Positions 23,238 to 37,189 of a DNA stretch of 64,000 nucleotides are shown one piece after another (position 1 is the first letter of the stretch; the number at the start of each line of letters is the position of its first letter). The DNA comes from Octopus sinensis (Eukaryota), in NCBI RefSeq assembly GCF_006345805.1, contig NC_042997.1, forward strand, positions 166,718,001 to 166,782,000, read 5' to 3'. A model generated the notes under the pieces. That model worked only from the letters and a program-made list of their open reading frames with translations. It ran no database searches and was not told where the DNA came from. The position numbers were made by a program, and so were the translations under genes.

Positions 23238-25295
23238 CAAGAGATGCGATTTCCTCTATTAGATATTAGCTTAATCTTCGAAGGTGAGTGAATAGTAACT
23301 GTAAACAATCAAAACGTGTTCGGAAGGTTCAACCTCTTCCAAAAAGGTGATGAGGCCCCTTCTTAAAATAATGAAGGGAATGAATTGAGATTCAGTCTTT
23401 CGAAGATCAATTTAATATCTGATCACATATCTGTGGTGCCATGGATATTCCAGGGATGTGAAAAGGACTGAGGTACAGTTGGGGTTATAATATAAAGAGA
23501 CACGCGAAAAACAGGGTGTTAATTAAAGAAAGAAAGAAAGAACGAACGAAAAATAAAATAATGACTTTACAACAAAATACAACAGTATTATCCGGAAGAC
23601 AACAAATAATATCTAACCGAGCCAATTCCAAAAATATTAGGCTGTGCCTTTGGGTGCACTACACAACGGTATCAACAATGGCAGGCGGGTAGCGATGCAA
23701 TGTACTCTTACGCGACCAAAACATTAGTCATTTCTTCTCTTCTTCGTGTCTGAGAGCCCCGAAATTATTTGCATGCTATATCTCCTTTTAGTTCTATCGC
23801 GTTTTAATTAATGTGATTTTTACATTTGTTTCTGTGCGATTAATTAATAAGCAATTTTTTTTTAATTCCGCCCCGGCTTTCTCTAAATTGTATAACATCT
23901 TCCATCTCTCCTTTCATTTTTACATTAGCTGTCTTAGTCTTCTTACTCCTCACATCTTTTGTCAGTTCCCTCTTTGCCGATGATCACATTTTCATATCTC
24001 TTTGAGCCCTTGAGACTAATAAATACATCATCATCATCATCATCATCATCGTCATGGTTATTATTATCAACTTATCCCCTCCCAAAAATTCCTGGCCTTG
24101 TGCTTATAGTTGAAAGGATTATTATTATAATTATTTATTACACGCAAAACCCTCACAACACACTCTTTGTTTTGTTTTGTACTGTCCATAATGTTGTTTT
24201 TTTTTATGTAAACGCTTGTGGCTTATAAAGAAATCATTATTATTAATTATTATTACTAGTGCTACTTCTACTACTAGTACTACTATCTAGTAATATTCGT
24301 TTTGACAGTTATTAACGGTTATAATAACATTGCTAACTTACTGCAGGTTTCGCGTCGTCTGGTTTATTCGCCATATCTGCGGGGATCGAGAAGAGGCTTG
24401 GAAGGTAAAAAAAAACGTCTCTCTTCGACTTCTATGATGGTCCGACTGTGAAATAAACGAGGCAGCAGAGCAGATAGACACACACACATACGCACTCACC
24501 CTCTTCCCCCTCACTCTCCTTCAGTATGTGTGATAGAAACATCAGTTGAAGTCGTCGCCCACCTCCCTCGCTATCTCACTTAACTGCATCAACCAATAAC
24601 ATTTACAAATGTAGCCGACGCCAGCTCCATCACCACGGCAACCACCACCACCGTCACCATGGTAGTGAGTGAGTGAGTGAGTGAGTGCGTTACTGCCACC
24701 GTCACCGCCACCACCACCGCTACTGCCACCAAACTAGTTAAGAGGGCACCACCACCAGCACCACCACCAGCACCACCAGCACCAGCACCAGCACCACCAC
24801 CAGCACGACGACGACGAAAAATGCCTTATTTACATTGAATACTACTACAACGACTACGAGCTAACGAGGGAGCCGATAGGTGGTCGCTTGACCTGGAAGA
24901 AATAGCAGCCAAAATAACTCGCAGATCAAACAATATCGTCTTAAATGGGGGTGGGGGTGGGGATGGGGGTGGGAGACATTTTGGAAAATGTGGGATTCGG
25001 TTCCTTGTGAGTAAAGGAAAGTTCGAGATCATCCCTGCTGGAATGTTTTTGATCATAGCTCTCTCATGCACTGTTAGGATTGACTTGGGAGTTAAATAGT
25101 AACAGACTATCACGGTCGCCAGTAACATCTTCAATTACTACAATCGCAAACACTCAAAAATCCTCGTTTCACTGTCACCACATGCATCACCACCACCACC
25201 GCAGCCACCACAAAAAAAAGCTACCACTGGCATTCACTGCTACCACTACAGCTGCCAAAACTGCTACTACCACCGATATAAATACCGCCACTACC

Positions 25296-25526
25296 TATTT
25301 CTTTATTACCCACAAGGGGCTAAACACAGAGGGGACAAACAAGGACAGACATAGGTATTAAGTCGATTACATCGACCCCAGTGCGTAACTGGTACTTAAT
25401 TTATCGACCCCGAAAGGATGAAAGGCAAAGTCGACCTCGGCGGAATTTGAACTCACAACGTAACGCAGACGAAATACCGCTAAGCATTTCGCCCGGCGTG
25501 CTAACGTTTCTGCCAGCTCGCCGCCT
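25296..25526 (-). mobile_element. Full-length SINE-A long-tail copy
   Basis: 17-bp TSD taaataccgccactacc at 25279-25295 and 25527-25543. Confidence 0.9.
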
Positions 25527-25984
25527 TAAATACCGCCACTACCACCGATATAAATACCGCCACCACTACCGTCAATACTATCGCTCCTCCTTCTCCTCCT
25601 TTACCATCGACACTACCACTACAGATGAACCCGCCCCGTTCCACCACCACCACCACCACCACCGTTACTGCTGCCGTTACGTTATTGATGTCACCGTGAA
25701 ATTTAACCAAAGCCGCGAACGGGCAGAGTCATTAGAGCGTCGGCTTAGTGACATTTCATTTGAGCTTAGTGACATTTCTTCCGGCTCTTTCGTCCTTACG
25801 GCAGTTGATGAAATAAGAACCAATTCAGTACTGGGATCGATGGAATCGACAAAATCCCCTAATTCTTATCCCCTAAAATTGCTGACCCTGTGCCAAAATT
25901 TGAAACAGTTGTGAAACCCAGCCACCTTCCACCTCCGTCATTGCCAGTTATAAGTTCTGCTATAATCACTTATAAAATAGCCCC

Positions 25985-26810
25985 CTTTTCTACAATAGGC
26001 ACAAAGCCTGAAATTTTGGGGGAGGGGACCTTGTCGATAATATCGACCCCAGTGGTACTTATTTCATCGACCTTAAAAGGATGAAAGGCAAAATCGACCA
26101 CGGTGAAATTTGAACCCCGAACGTAAAAACTGACGAAATATCACTAACCATTTCGCTCGGCGTGCTAACGATTCTTTTCAGGCACAAGCCTGAAATTTTT
26201 GGGAAGGGCGTCAGTCGACGAGATCGACCCAGTATGCAATTGGTACTTAATTTATCGACCTCGAAAGGATGAAAGACAAAGTCGACGTCGGCGGAATTTG
26301 AACTCAGAACATAAAGACAGGCGAAATATATATTTCTTTACTACCCACAAGGGGCAAAACAGAGAGGACAAACAAGGACAGATACACGGATTAAGTCGAT
26401 TATATCGCCCCCAATGCGTAACTGGTACTTATTTAATCGATCCCGAAAGGATGAAAGGCAAAGTTGACCTCGGCGGAATTTGAACTCAGAACGTAACGGC
26501 AGACGAAATATGGCTACGCATTTCGCCCGGCTTGCTAACGTTTCTGCCAGCTCGCAAACCTATGATCACTTATAATAATAATAATAATATTAAACTAATA
26601 GTCCTTTTTACTATAGGCACAAGGCCTGAAATTTTAGTGGAGGTGGCTAGTCGACTACATCGATCTCAGTGCTTGACTGGTACTTATTTCGTCGACCCCG
26701 AAAGGATAAAAGACGAAGTCGATCTTGGCCGAATTTGAACCACAGATCGTAAAGACGGACGAAATACCACTATTTCGCTCGGCGTGTTAACGATTCTGCC
26801 AGCTCGTCGC
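25985..26810 (-). mobile_element. Cluster of about four SINE-A copies, old and young
   Basis: Repeated ggcaaaatcgac/gaatttgaac bodies; a young long-tail unit at ~26331-26555 abuts an older unit at aaagaaata|tatttcg. Confidence 0.8.
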
Positions 26811-27059
26811 CCATGTACTTATAAATAATAATAAATGGAATAGTTGTATACAGTGCTTTCGTGCACGCCGACACCTGCTAGAAGCAGTAGTGAAATCGTC
26901 CTCAAATCATCATCTTATACGAGGAAGGATACATTAGATCAGTGGTCCTCGACTATTTTTTGCTTAAGGACCCTTTTGATTCCTATTTTACACTACTGGA
27001 CCTATGTAATCATTCGATGTGTATATAAAAAAACAACTTTCTACTGTACTTTTATAATC

Positions 27060-28488
27060 GCATTCTCTTCCGCTTCTTGTGGAAAGGAAGCGTTCCGATG
27101 GTCAGGCGATCCATTTGCTGTCAACACCCGTTAAAAGGAGGGCTGGGCATGCCGTGGTTGATGATGCGCAGACACGCACTGAGACATCTCCGGCTCTACG
27201 TAGACGAAGGTGAACAGGTGTGGTCGCCGTTTGTGAGGCACGCTTTCCCCGCAGCTCGTCTCCATGGCCGACCTGCAGTCGTGGATCAAAAAGAGGCCGA
27301 GGAAGGGCGAATGGCACCGCGAGTATCGCGTTGCTCTCAAGCAACTATGCTGTCCCGAGTCGACCTTGAGCGACATCAACACAACCAAAGCATTCTATAG
27401 GGGATTAGTGGAGGGGAGGTACGACGACGATCTTGGGGGAACCTGGGCGTCAACGGGGAATACCTGACCCGCCTGTTCAAGACGACTTTCGGGCCGGGAC
27501 CTATAGACAACTTCCAGAGATCCCTGACCTGGCAGTGCTATCGTGAAGCGTTACCCGTTCGGGACAAGCTCTACAGACATGGCTCGAGAAACACGGGGCC
27601 AACCTGTCCGAGATGCGGTCAAAGCGACGAAACCGTCCTGTACGCACTCGTACAGTGTCCAACCATTTCCGACCTGTGGGCCTATGTCGAACGACTGCTA
27701 TCGCGTGGGACGAGTCGGTTTATCAACCGAGTCTATCGTGAATATTGTCGCGCCTCCTTCCTTAAAACGGGAAGGAAGAGCCATTTTCATCGTACTTGTG
27801 GCTATGGCGAAAGAATGTGTGTGGTGGACGCGTCTGTATAGATAAATTAGTGAAATCTCTCAAATCACATCACACTGTTTTTTTTTATTTTTGAAGGGCA
27901 ATGTAGTCTTACATATATAAAAAGGAGGAATAGACACCCCTGGATCAGAACTGAGCTGTGGCTAAAAAAACAGCAACAGCAATAACATCATCCAGAACTA
28001 TACAAACTAGAGACAAACACTTTCCTCTCTGGTCAATCTCTCATCAACTTCTTCAAGTATCACTTGAAGAGGAAGGTGAGAGTAGAGAGGGAAGTTTTGT
28101 CTAGTGAATGATTAAAAAAAAAAGATGGCACGTGTGAATGAATCAAAAGAAAAAAAAAAGGAAAACGAAAGGAAAAAAGAGACCCACTTACTGAAATGTG
28201 TTTTCTTTTTGCATGACACTATTGCCCAAGGTTCCCGTGGTCTTTTCCGTAGGCTTTTCTATCTATGGGGAAACCTAATCTGTTTTCCCTTTTTACATTG
28301 ACATTTCTGTGATACACGATCCCTATTCATCGGCCCCACTTTTTTTTTTCACGATCCATTTTGATCGGAATCCCCCCTTTTTTTTTCACAATCCCTTTTG
28401 ATCGGAATTCGCCCCCCTCCCCCTTCTCTTGTTCCCAACAAGAAAAGCTCTACTTTGTATTTTGTCCCTTCTGTGTGGCCAATAAAGA
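27060..28488 (+). mobile_element. 5'-truncated L1/Tx1-clade LINE (post-RT region, zinc knuckle, 3'UTR)
   Basis: ILFRFLWKGSVPMVRRSICCQHPLKGGLGMP; ALPVRDKLYRHG...CPRCGQSDETVLYALVQCP; AATAAA at 28481 followed by (TATC)n. Confidence 0.85.
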
Positions 28489-28489
28489 A

Positions 28490-28567
<78 letters not shown>

Positions 28568-28865
28568 TTAATCGTTCTCATCCCGATAATCTATATCGTT
28601 CAATGTATACGGCTTTAATTGAGATGGTATACTGTGAGTTTATCGTGATTTGGTTGCTACTCTAAGGAGTTCGAGCAACCACATACAGGCTACGCCCGTG
28701 TTGGCCTCTATTGTAGTTGCGTTTAACTATTCAAATCAGATTGTAGACATACCAATATCAGATCCACTGAATAATCAATCGATTAGGAGGTACGACAGAT
28801 GTAAATAAAAGTCACCACAACGGCGATTCACAAAAGCGAACGAAAGGCCTTCACAAAGTTGTTAT

Positions 28866-29221
28866 ATATGCTAGAAATAGTAACGAAACTTCTCTTACTG
28901 TTTGACCATGGAGTGACATTTTTGAAAGAATGGGACAAAATAGGCAAAGTGGCTTAAACACTTTGGGTCAGAAATCTGCTCAATAAGGACTGGTCTAGAG
29001 CTAAACAACAACAGCAATAACAAAAAGAGCTCTTTATTGTTGCCAGACCTCTTAGATAAAGTAATGAAATCTCTCAAATCACATCACACTGTTTTTTTAA
29101 AAATTTTTGAAGGACAATGTAGTCTTACATATATAAAAAGGAGGAATAGACACCACTGGATCAGAACTGAGCTGTGGCTAAAAAACAGCAACAGCAATAA
29201 CATCATCCAGAACTATACAAA
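28866..29221 (+). mobile_element. SINE family C remnants (gctaaacaacaac-type tail), two tails in tandem
   Basis: aatctctcaaatcaca...atgtagtctt...ggctaaaaaacagcaac; related fragments near 1890, 12800, 24900, 41610, 55373 and 62330. Confidence 0.6.
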
Positions 29222-31363
29222 TGTAACGTATGCTAGGAATCAGAAAGGTAAAACCATACTGTTCACCAACGTCACCACAAATTTGGTTTTTCAGTATTAT
29301 GATTGTTTAGCGTCAAGTTAATCCCAATCGAGCAATCCTACAATAAAAAACACGCTAGCCTTGATTATTCTCGTCTTTTGGAGAGTATGTAGGAATACAT
29401 TGTCTAAAGTAGCTTTTAGCTAACCTTTGTTAGTCCAGCATTTCCATGATGACAAGTCGAATCGGCAACTACACCTTAAATCTTTCGTAGTGATATCCAA
29501 AAGCAGATGAATTCTAATTTGAAACCTCAGCATGCTCTGAAAGGATTTTAAGCACCCCTGAGAAATAGTAATCTAATGTGTTCTAGCTTTCTGTAAAGTG
29601 ATGTTAAGGAGATTTGGAAGCTATTATAGCAAGGTCAAACAACCTCATTGTGGCCCCTACGGTAGTGCAAACAATACACAGATTGTTACTTATTCAGCTC
29701 TTTATATCGTTTCTATGATAACATCGTCGCACAAGACCATAAATTTTGGTGGTAGCGGTTCGTCGGTTATATCGACCTAGCACATGATAGGTATCTAATT
29801 TTGTCGATCCTAGAAGGTTGAAAGGTAAAATTGACATCGACAGGATTTGAACTTAGAACATACAGAATGAGAAAAAAAAATAACGGAAGGTATTTCGTTC
29901 GCCACTCTAACGAAGTGGCAAAATCCCCCATCTTAATTCCTCCGTTCATCAACAGAGTTAAGCAACGTCAGACGAATTTTGGATTTGGAACTCACCAAGA
30001 GATACTTGGAGTGTTATTTTGGATATATCTCTATTTGGTGTTATTAAATGATGTGTTTAAATTTGAAGGTTGAGAAAAATTTAGAACTAAAAAATGGTGG
30101 ATCCCTGTCATTCGACGATGAGAATTAAGGAGTTTGATTCCAATTACCTGCTCCTGAATTAACATGAGCATCCCACAAAATGCGTACCCTTAATGTAATT
30201 ATTCTCAGAATCAGCGTTATACTGTGTGTGTAACAAGGCTGTATTTTTTTAATTATAAGTACAATCTACTCGACAGGATTCTTTACAGTTTCCACCTAAT
30301 TTCATTTACAACACACCAATCGACCCGAAGGTAGATAAAATGACATTTTTCCAAAATTCCAGTCAAGTACGAACGAATACAGGAGTACGTGGCTGCGAAG
30401 CGAACATCGTAACTCATACTGCCCCAGCAGAATGACGCTAAATTGACAAAACAGGAACATTGTCTTTATATCATTCCAGCAGAGGAACTAAAACATGCAG
30501 CATCGTGAAGTTGTGTGCGTAAAATCTCTTTAGTTTTGTTCTACAATGAACTTGGGGAATATAACAAATGTCCTCAGCAAATCTATGCTGTTTAACCAAA
30601 GACTTTGAAACATAACCGGAAACATAGTCACCTGAAATGTATAATAATCGAGATTGGAATACCGCGGTTCCTCAGCGTGTTCGCAGTCCAATAACTACAA
30701 ATCGTAAAAGAATACAAATATATTCTCAAATATTGCACGAAAGATGTGTGATTCTCTTCCTTTTAATAAATAAAATTGTTTTTACCTAACTCGGACACTT
30801 AAACGTGCCCGTTGCTTTTACCACTCGACAAAAACTACTGCTTTATTTTCATTATTGTCCAAGAATTTGAACTAGCAGCTAATACTGGAATTATGTTAAT
30901 TGTTTTCACTCAGATTCTGAATGTCCCTAAAGGGAATTTTTGTCTCCTAACTGCAAGAATAATCTGTCTGAGAAAGATTTTGCACTTCACTATATTTACA
31001 TATGTAAGACTACACTGTATTTTTATTTAACATTCAGAACGTCCCTTGGGGTTATTATTGTTGATAATGAAATTTTACAGTTCTCCATCGTGAAGGCCGT
31101 TTACAACGCCCTCAATATCATTATAACAATTCTGTGTAACATCAAAATGTGACAAATCACTTTAGTGAGTAGAGAGGTCACATGAGCAGGATTTATAATC
31201 TTCCGCCTTCAGGTTATTATAGACAAGCCGATTATGATACAAATTCAGTGAAATAATCTTGACTGTAATGTTCAGTTATGTGAGTATATAGGCAATTGTG
31301 TGTGTGTACGCACGCGAGCTCGCATATGCTTATCAGGGAAGAAATTAATGCATAGATAATAGT

Positions 31364-31394
<31 letters not shown>

Positions 31395-31535
31395 GGGGAA
31401 ATTAATGAGTAGGTGTATAGCTGTGTGGGATATAATAAGTTTCTACATGTTTGTTTCGCTTCAGATCAGCTCTGACTGAGCAGACCTATGACCAAAGACC
31501 AGATTGTGACAATACCCATCCTTTTGTATATCAAG

Positions 31536-31920
31536 ACTAGCAGTATCGCCCGGCGTTGCTCAGGTTTGTAAGGGAAATAACTATAAAGCATTTTTAGAGA
31601 GTTATAGCCAAAAAACAGCAAAAAAATGGAAAAAAAATTATGGTAAATTTTTTTGATAGTTAAAAAGGTGGAGTTGCGTCCCCTACACAGTTTGTGGTTT
31701 GTGTTCATGATTCTCGACCCCATGTCGAATTTATCGATTTTTTTCAGAACTGGGGGAACTTTTCAAAATTTTCGCTGCGTTAGTTTTGAATTATGACATT
31801 GGGCTATGTGTGTGTCAAGTTTCATCAGAATCGGTTGAAAGCTGTGGTCAGGGTGAGGGTACAAGCAAACAGACACACAGAAACACGCACAGACAAACTG
31901 CCGTTTATATATAGAGAGAT
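31536..31920 (+). mobile_element. Non-autonomous Helitron-like (HINE/Lep1-type) element
   Basis: Starts ACTAGCAGTATCGCCCGGCGTTGC and ends ...acagacaaactgccgtttatatatagagagat; no TSD seen. The termini resemble Lep1-type Helitrons, recognised from memory. Confidence 0.55.
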
Positions 31921-32773
31921 TTACATGGTTAAATAGGTCCTTCTTTTAGAAAGTATATAGAATTTGACTACAATTTCTAGCAAGTCATACGACTGCGTTA
32001 TAAATTCCTTCATTTGCTTGTGGTTCCATCATTGGTTGGTCGTGTCAGTTAAAACTTCTCACCAGTATTGTCTTCATATTCTCATATAGAATAATGCTTT
32101 GTTTTGACCCAGTTCTCTCTCTCACCTTTCTTGACTATTATTGTCATTAACGCAAATAATTTTTCTTCTCAATACGAATATAATTTCAGTGGATCATATA
32201 TATACAAAATATGAATGTATGAATATTTTAGCCCTTTCGTAGCCAGGTTTCTAATAAAATATATTGTATATAGGTTACAATAATTTCTAAAAAATAATCT
32301 GGAATTTGAAGGTATTTAATAAAATATCTATCTTTAAAGATGGTGATTTGGAACAGCAAAATATTCTTGCAAAACACCATAACAGAAAGTTTAAGTTTAA
32401 TCGTGAACTTTTTTGGAAGAATTATGAATTTTCCCCCTAGCAAACAAAAGCATACATCGGTTTTATTTTTCGATTATTTTTGATGGGGTATCATCGTCTC
32501 TGATATGTTTGATAATATCATCGGCTCTTAATAATTAGCTCCTCGAAGAACTTGAAATCATGAAAGAAAGTGAGAGTTAGCCTGTGCAGGATTTGGACGT
32601 AGAACTCAAAAGGACAAAAATCAAATTACACAGACACACAGACACACACGTGTGTGTGTATATATACATATATACATATACATATATGTATATATATACA
32701 TATATATGTATATATATACATATATACATATACATATACATACACACACACACACACACACAACACACACACA

Positions 32774-32824
<51 letters not shown>

Positions 32825-32869
32825 CATACATACATACATGTACAAATTCGCAAGCTGTTCTATGTTGCA

Positions 32870-34140
32870 GGAAACTTGAACATCACTGAAAATGTAGACA
32901 GGCCAGACTTCCCGCGCAAAGATGGTAGCCATGGTCTTAAATTTGTATTGATGTCATATGATGCACATATTTTGACACTGAAGTATTAGTTGCAGAAGAG
33001 GAAAAAGGTCAGTAACAATATTACACAAGTTTGTGAGCCAGTAACTATATTGCGCAAGATAGCTCATTAACATGAAGAAAGGCTTGAAATAAGAGTTAAT
33101 CTAGATTACTTATCAATAGGACAAAAAAAAAATAGTTCACCGAAAAGGTAGAGCATGAGTACTTGGCATGAAAGATGCTGGTCACAGGGAGAATAATCGC
33201 ATCGAAAGCTTGACATGGAGTACAGAGAAGTTTATGACATCCCACTTTGAAAGCTACCTTCATGCAAATGAAGGAGAAATCCCACCCAGTAATTGTAGAA
33301 TAAAAAGTAGAAAACAGTGACAGACAACAAATGTAAGCTGTGCAAAGCTAAGACTGAAGACATCAACCACATTATTTTCCAAGTACGAAAGAATGTCTTC
33401 TGGATATTATCTTCTTCCGAGGTATGATTTAGTGGCTAAAGCAGGCTGTAACAGGATAAAAAGAAAACACCAGCAAACGAGGTTGGCTATATTGAGACCA
33501 ACGGGTCAAAAGAATCTGGCCGGTTGTGCTTTAATACTAAGTTAAAACTGATCAGATATTGTTATGTGGGACCACAAGAAAAATATTCTGTGTTGTTTTC
33601 TTTTTTCTCACCCTGTTCCAGACTGTTCTGGAACAAGATGAGAGAAAAAGAAACCCCAGAAAACAGATGAGGCAAAAAAATATTGGTAGAAGCTAAAAGT
33701 AAAAACAGCCTCTTCGTTAAAACACAACCTACCAGTTATTGTCGTGGGACCACGCTAAAACGTATGCTCTGTTGCGGAAATCGGTAGCTCCCTGGACATC
33801 TATGTAGCCAGAAAAATAGAGGAGAAAGAAAAAATCTAAGGACCATTGATAAAGGATCTTCGAATCCAGTTCTCAAGATAATCTTTCAATTTGATATCTA
33901 CTATTATCAGAGCTACAGGATACAGACCCATCCGCCTGGAGTAAAGTATGGCTGAAGTTGGGTTTTGGGGGAGAGAATGCAATTCCTCAATACAGACACT
34001 AAAAGTGATCACGCTATCTGGGACAATGAAAATCTGCAGGACCTTCTTAAGATTTAAAGGATGATGAACAAAGCAAGGTCTTTTCTTCTACACTTTACTA
34101 CCAAGCAGGCTTCTGGTCAAGATTAACCCTAAATTAAAAG
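32870..34140 (+). mobile_element. Old degenerate R4/Dong-like retrotransposon 3' fragment
   Basis: NVDRPDFPRKDGSHGL; DNKCKLCKAKTEDINHII; YYLLPRYDLVAK; PDIV-like cagatattgttatgtgggac; many stops and frameshifts. Confidence 0.65.
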
Positions 34141-34152
34141 GAGAAAAAGAAA

Positions 34153-34183
<31 letters not shown>

Positions 34184-34765
34184 TGTATGTATGTATGTAT
34201 GTATGTATGTATGTATGTATGTATAGCCAAAGAGTTTCCGCACAGTTTCTGTCTACTAAAGTTCAGTCCCAAGACTTGTTCGACCAAATGTTAAAGTAGA
34301 AAATACTTTGCCAAGATCCCATGCGGTGGGATCGAACCCGTATGTATATTTTCATTGCAATTCAACAGTGTTATCATTCAAGCAAAAAAAAAGACTTGAG
34401 ATGATGAGTGAATGATGAGTACCCTGATACAGTTGAAATAGCTACTATGTGACTGTTGATATCCTGTTCCTGCTTTACCCTGGGTTGTAGCTGTGAAGTT
34501 CCTTACAAGAGAAATTTGCTAATATCTACATTAATCTATTGCAATGGTTTGCTATGGTATGTCAGGGTGTACTGCTCTTCTACAAGGGATATCTATGTGT
34601 ACTTAGGGTTTTTATAAATACAATTTACCAGAATGAGGCGATTGAGTGCAGTTGTTCGGATGCTGACGATCTGGCAGGGCTGGTTGGACATTTAGCCTGT
34701 TTTGCGACAGTACTTTTAGGAACTAGAGGCAACCACACATACGCACGCACGCACACACACACACA

Positions 34766-34811
<46 letters not shown>

Positions 34812-34971
34812 GTACACACACACACGCACGCACGCATGCACACACACACACACACATAAACACACACGCACGCACGCATGCACACAATACACACACACAC
34901 ACACACACAAACTCGGCCCGCGCGCAGAAATATACGCATACAGATAAAATGTGTGGGAAACAGAGGCAGAG

Positions 34972-35006
<35 letters not shown>

Positions 35007-35356
35007 AGAAAGAGAGAGTGAGAGAAAGAAAGAGAGAGAGAGAGAGTATACAATTTATTAAATAAACTCGATTGACATAAGCAATTTCTTCTTATATACA
35101 TAAAGAGAAACAAGGTGAGTGATAATTCTGTATAATTTTTTTCTTCTTATTTTTATGTTAAGAGCATTTAAGTCTCCATGTGAAGTAGACCAGATTTTTC
35201 TATTTAATCTCCAGTGTTCCAAGAAGTTAAAAAAGACTGAGAACCACCGGCCTAAAGTAGCTAATCCCTGTGTTTGTGTGTAAGACGTGACATTCCCTCC
35301 ATCTCATTGAACTCTGAATATTCTTATCAATACAAAGTGGAATGTTGGGGAAGATA

Positions 35357-35563
35357 CAAGGGGATTTTGAAAAGTTTCTGGCTTTGGGTGGAAGAAAATA
35401 GAGGAAAATCAGTTTAATTATGATTTTATTCAACATATTTCCCTCTCAAATTCACACACTTATTGCAGCAGTCCTTCAGTTTTTCTACGAACTCGGAAGA
35501 CTGGGCCTCCAACCAGGCTCTTCGCGATACCCTTAAAGCCTGGAACTTTTCAGCACCGCCTCG
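35357..35563. mobile_element. mariner-derived MITE (~207 bp) with TA TSD
   Basis: TA|caaggggattttgaaaagtttctgg ... cctggaacttttcagcaccgcctcg|TA; the minus strand retains CNKCVNLRGKYVE* (mariner C-terminus). Confidence 0.7.
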
Positions 35564-37189
35564 TATATCTCAAATTCTCTAAATTCTCTAGTGTGTTACA
35601 TTATAAGGCACAAAAATAAAAGGACTCTCCCCAGACACAACAGAATATGCTTCAATACACGAACTGATATAAAGAATCTTGCAAACGAAATACAAAAACG
35701 AAATCTAAACTTCCAGTTATTTAAGAATACGTTGGGGTTAGTATTTCGAATTACCCCAGTGACTTTGTAATTTCGTAATGTACAGAAAAAAGTATTCAAA
35801 ATCTTCACAGTCAAAGAAGTCATTCCATATTGAGGCAATTCACAACGCAGAAACAGTTAGCTTTCCTTTTTAAAATGTCTACCTTTTATTCATAAACTCT
35901 TGAAGGAAACCAACATAAGATTTTTATTTAGGACTTAGAGTGAGTCTCTAACTTACTGGTTTGTGGTGTGACACAGCTTAAAAACTTCGTTTTCATCTAG
36001 TGTGGGTGACAAATGATCATGGCAAAGTTTATCACTTTCCAAGCCATAATCCTGAAAGGATGTTTGCTTAGCGTTGCAAACGAACTAAAAATTTACCAGT
36101 CATATCCCGATATTTACAAATTGAGCAGCACTTTCTCACGGTACTTATTTACAGTTCAGAAATTAGGTCAGCAAAAATTCATTATTCTGAGCATGGATCC
36201 TACGAGTTGTTGATTCTTTGGCCAATAAACACGTACTATTATCATCTCAACCATTAATATCTAGAGTTATGGATCAATGAAATCTTTAATTCTCATTCGC
36301 CAAATAAAATGGACTTATTGAACACACAAAAAGCATAAACATGCTTTTGAGTACAGGAAGTGAAAATTTGTGGTAAAATTAATTAGTGCCATCGTCTGCT
36401 CACCTGCATTGTTTGTTCAAAATGAATTGCAACAGTCATTTTATTCTGTTGATTCATTTCAGTTTGTTTTTTTACCAACACGTGAGTACAGTCAATACGT
36501 TCGACAAACATTGTTTTGTCTCTTAAAGATTCCTGTGATGACATCAGACCGGAAATCGAAGCTATATTTTAAAACACTGTTTCCACCACCTCCACTTAAA
36601 GTTGGCTCTCTACTCGTTCAACATTTACAGACATTTAGATTTCTACTTTCACATAAAACTTGGCGACTTTCTTTTCTCTGAACCATTGCTGTTTAGACAC
36701 GCCATACCAGTTTTATTGAAATTTACCTTTTTCAAATAGAATCCTGCGATATTTCCCTGATTCCCCTCTCCACAGATGTTTACAGAAATGAAAGAGTGTA
36801 ACAGGGTGTTGGTGAGTAGAGAAGAAAGCTTGTATGTTTACATAACAAGGGCAGCAAAGGGCAGGAGAAGAGAAAGCCAAGAGGACGAGAATTTTGACCT
36901 CAATGTTCTCCTAAGAGGATTATTGTTTTAACTGTCAAGGCAGGACTTCAGTGTTGACACAATTAAAAAGAAAAGAGGAAAGAAAGAGTAATGTAAAGTA
37001 GAAAGAGGCTAGACAAAAGAAAGATAACAAAAAGAACGAAGAAGAAAATAACAGTGCGAGAAACACACAGACAGACACAAGCAAATATGAAAATCACATA
37101 CAGATAATGCAACATCTATTGTAGTCGGTGCATTAAATTTTCTGTTGTCTAAATAGCAACGTTACCTGTTTCATCACTCTCAGTGCTAC

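Noticed and set aside
29446-29540. ATGATGA...CTGA C/D-box snoRNA-like pair
   Set aside because: Weak terminal stem, no convincing C'/D' boxes, and no guide complementarity that I could recognise.
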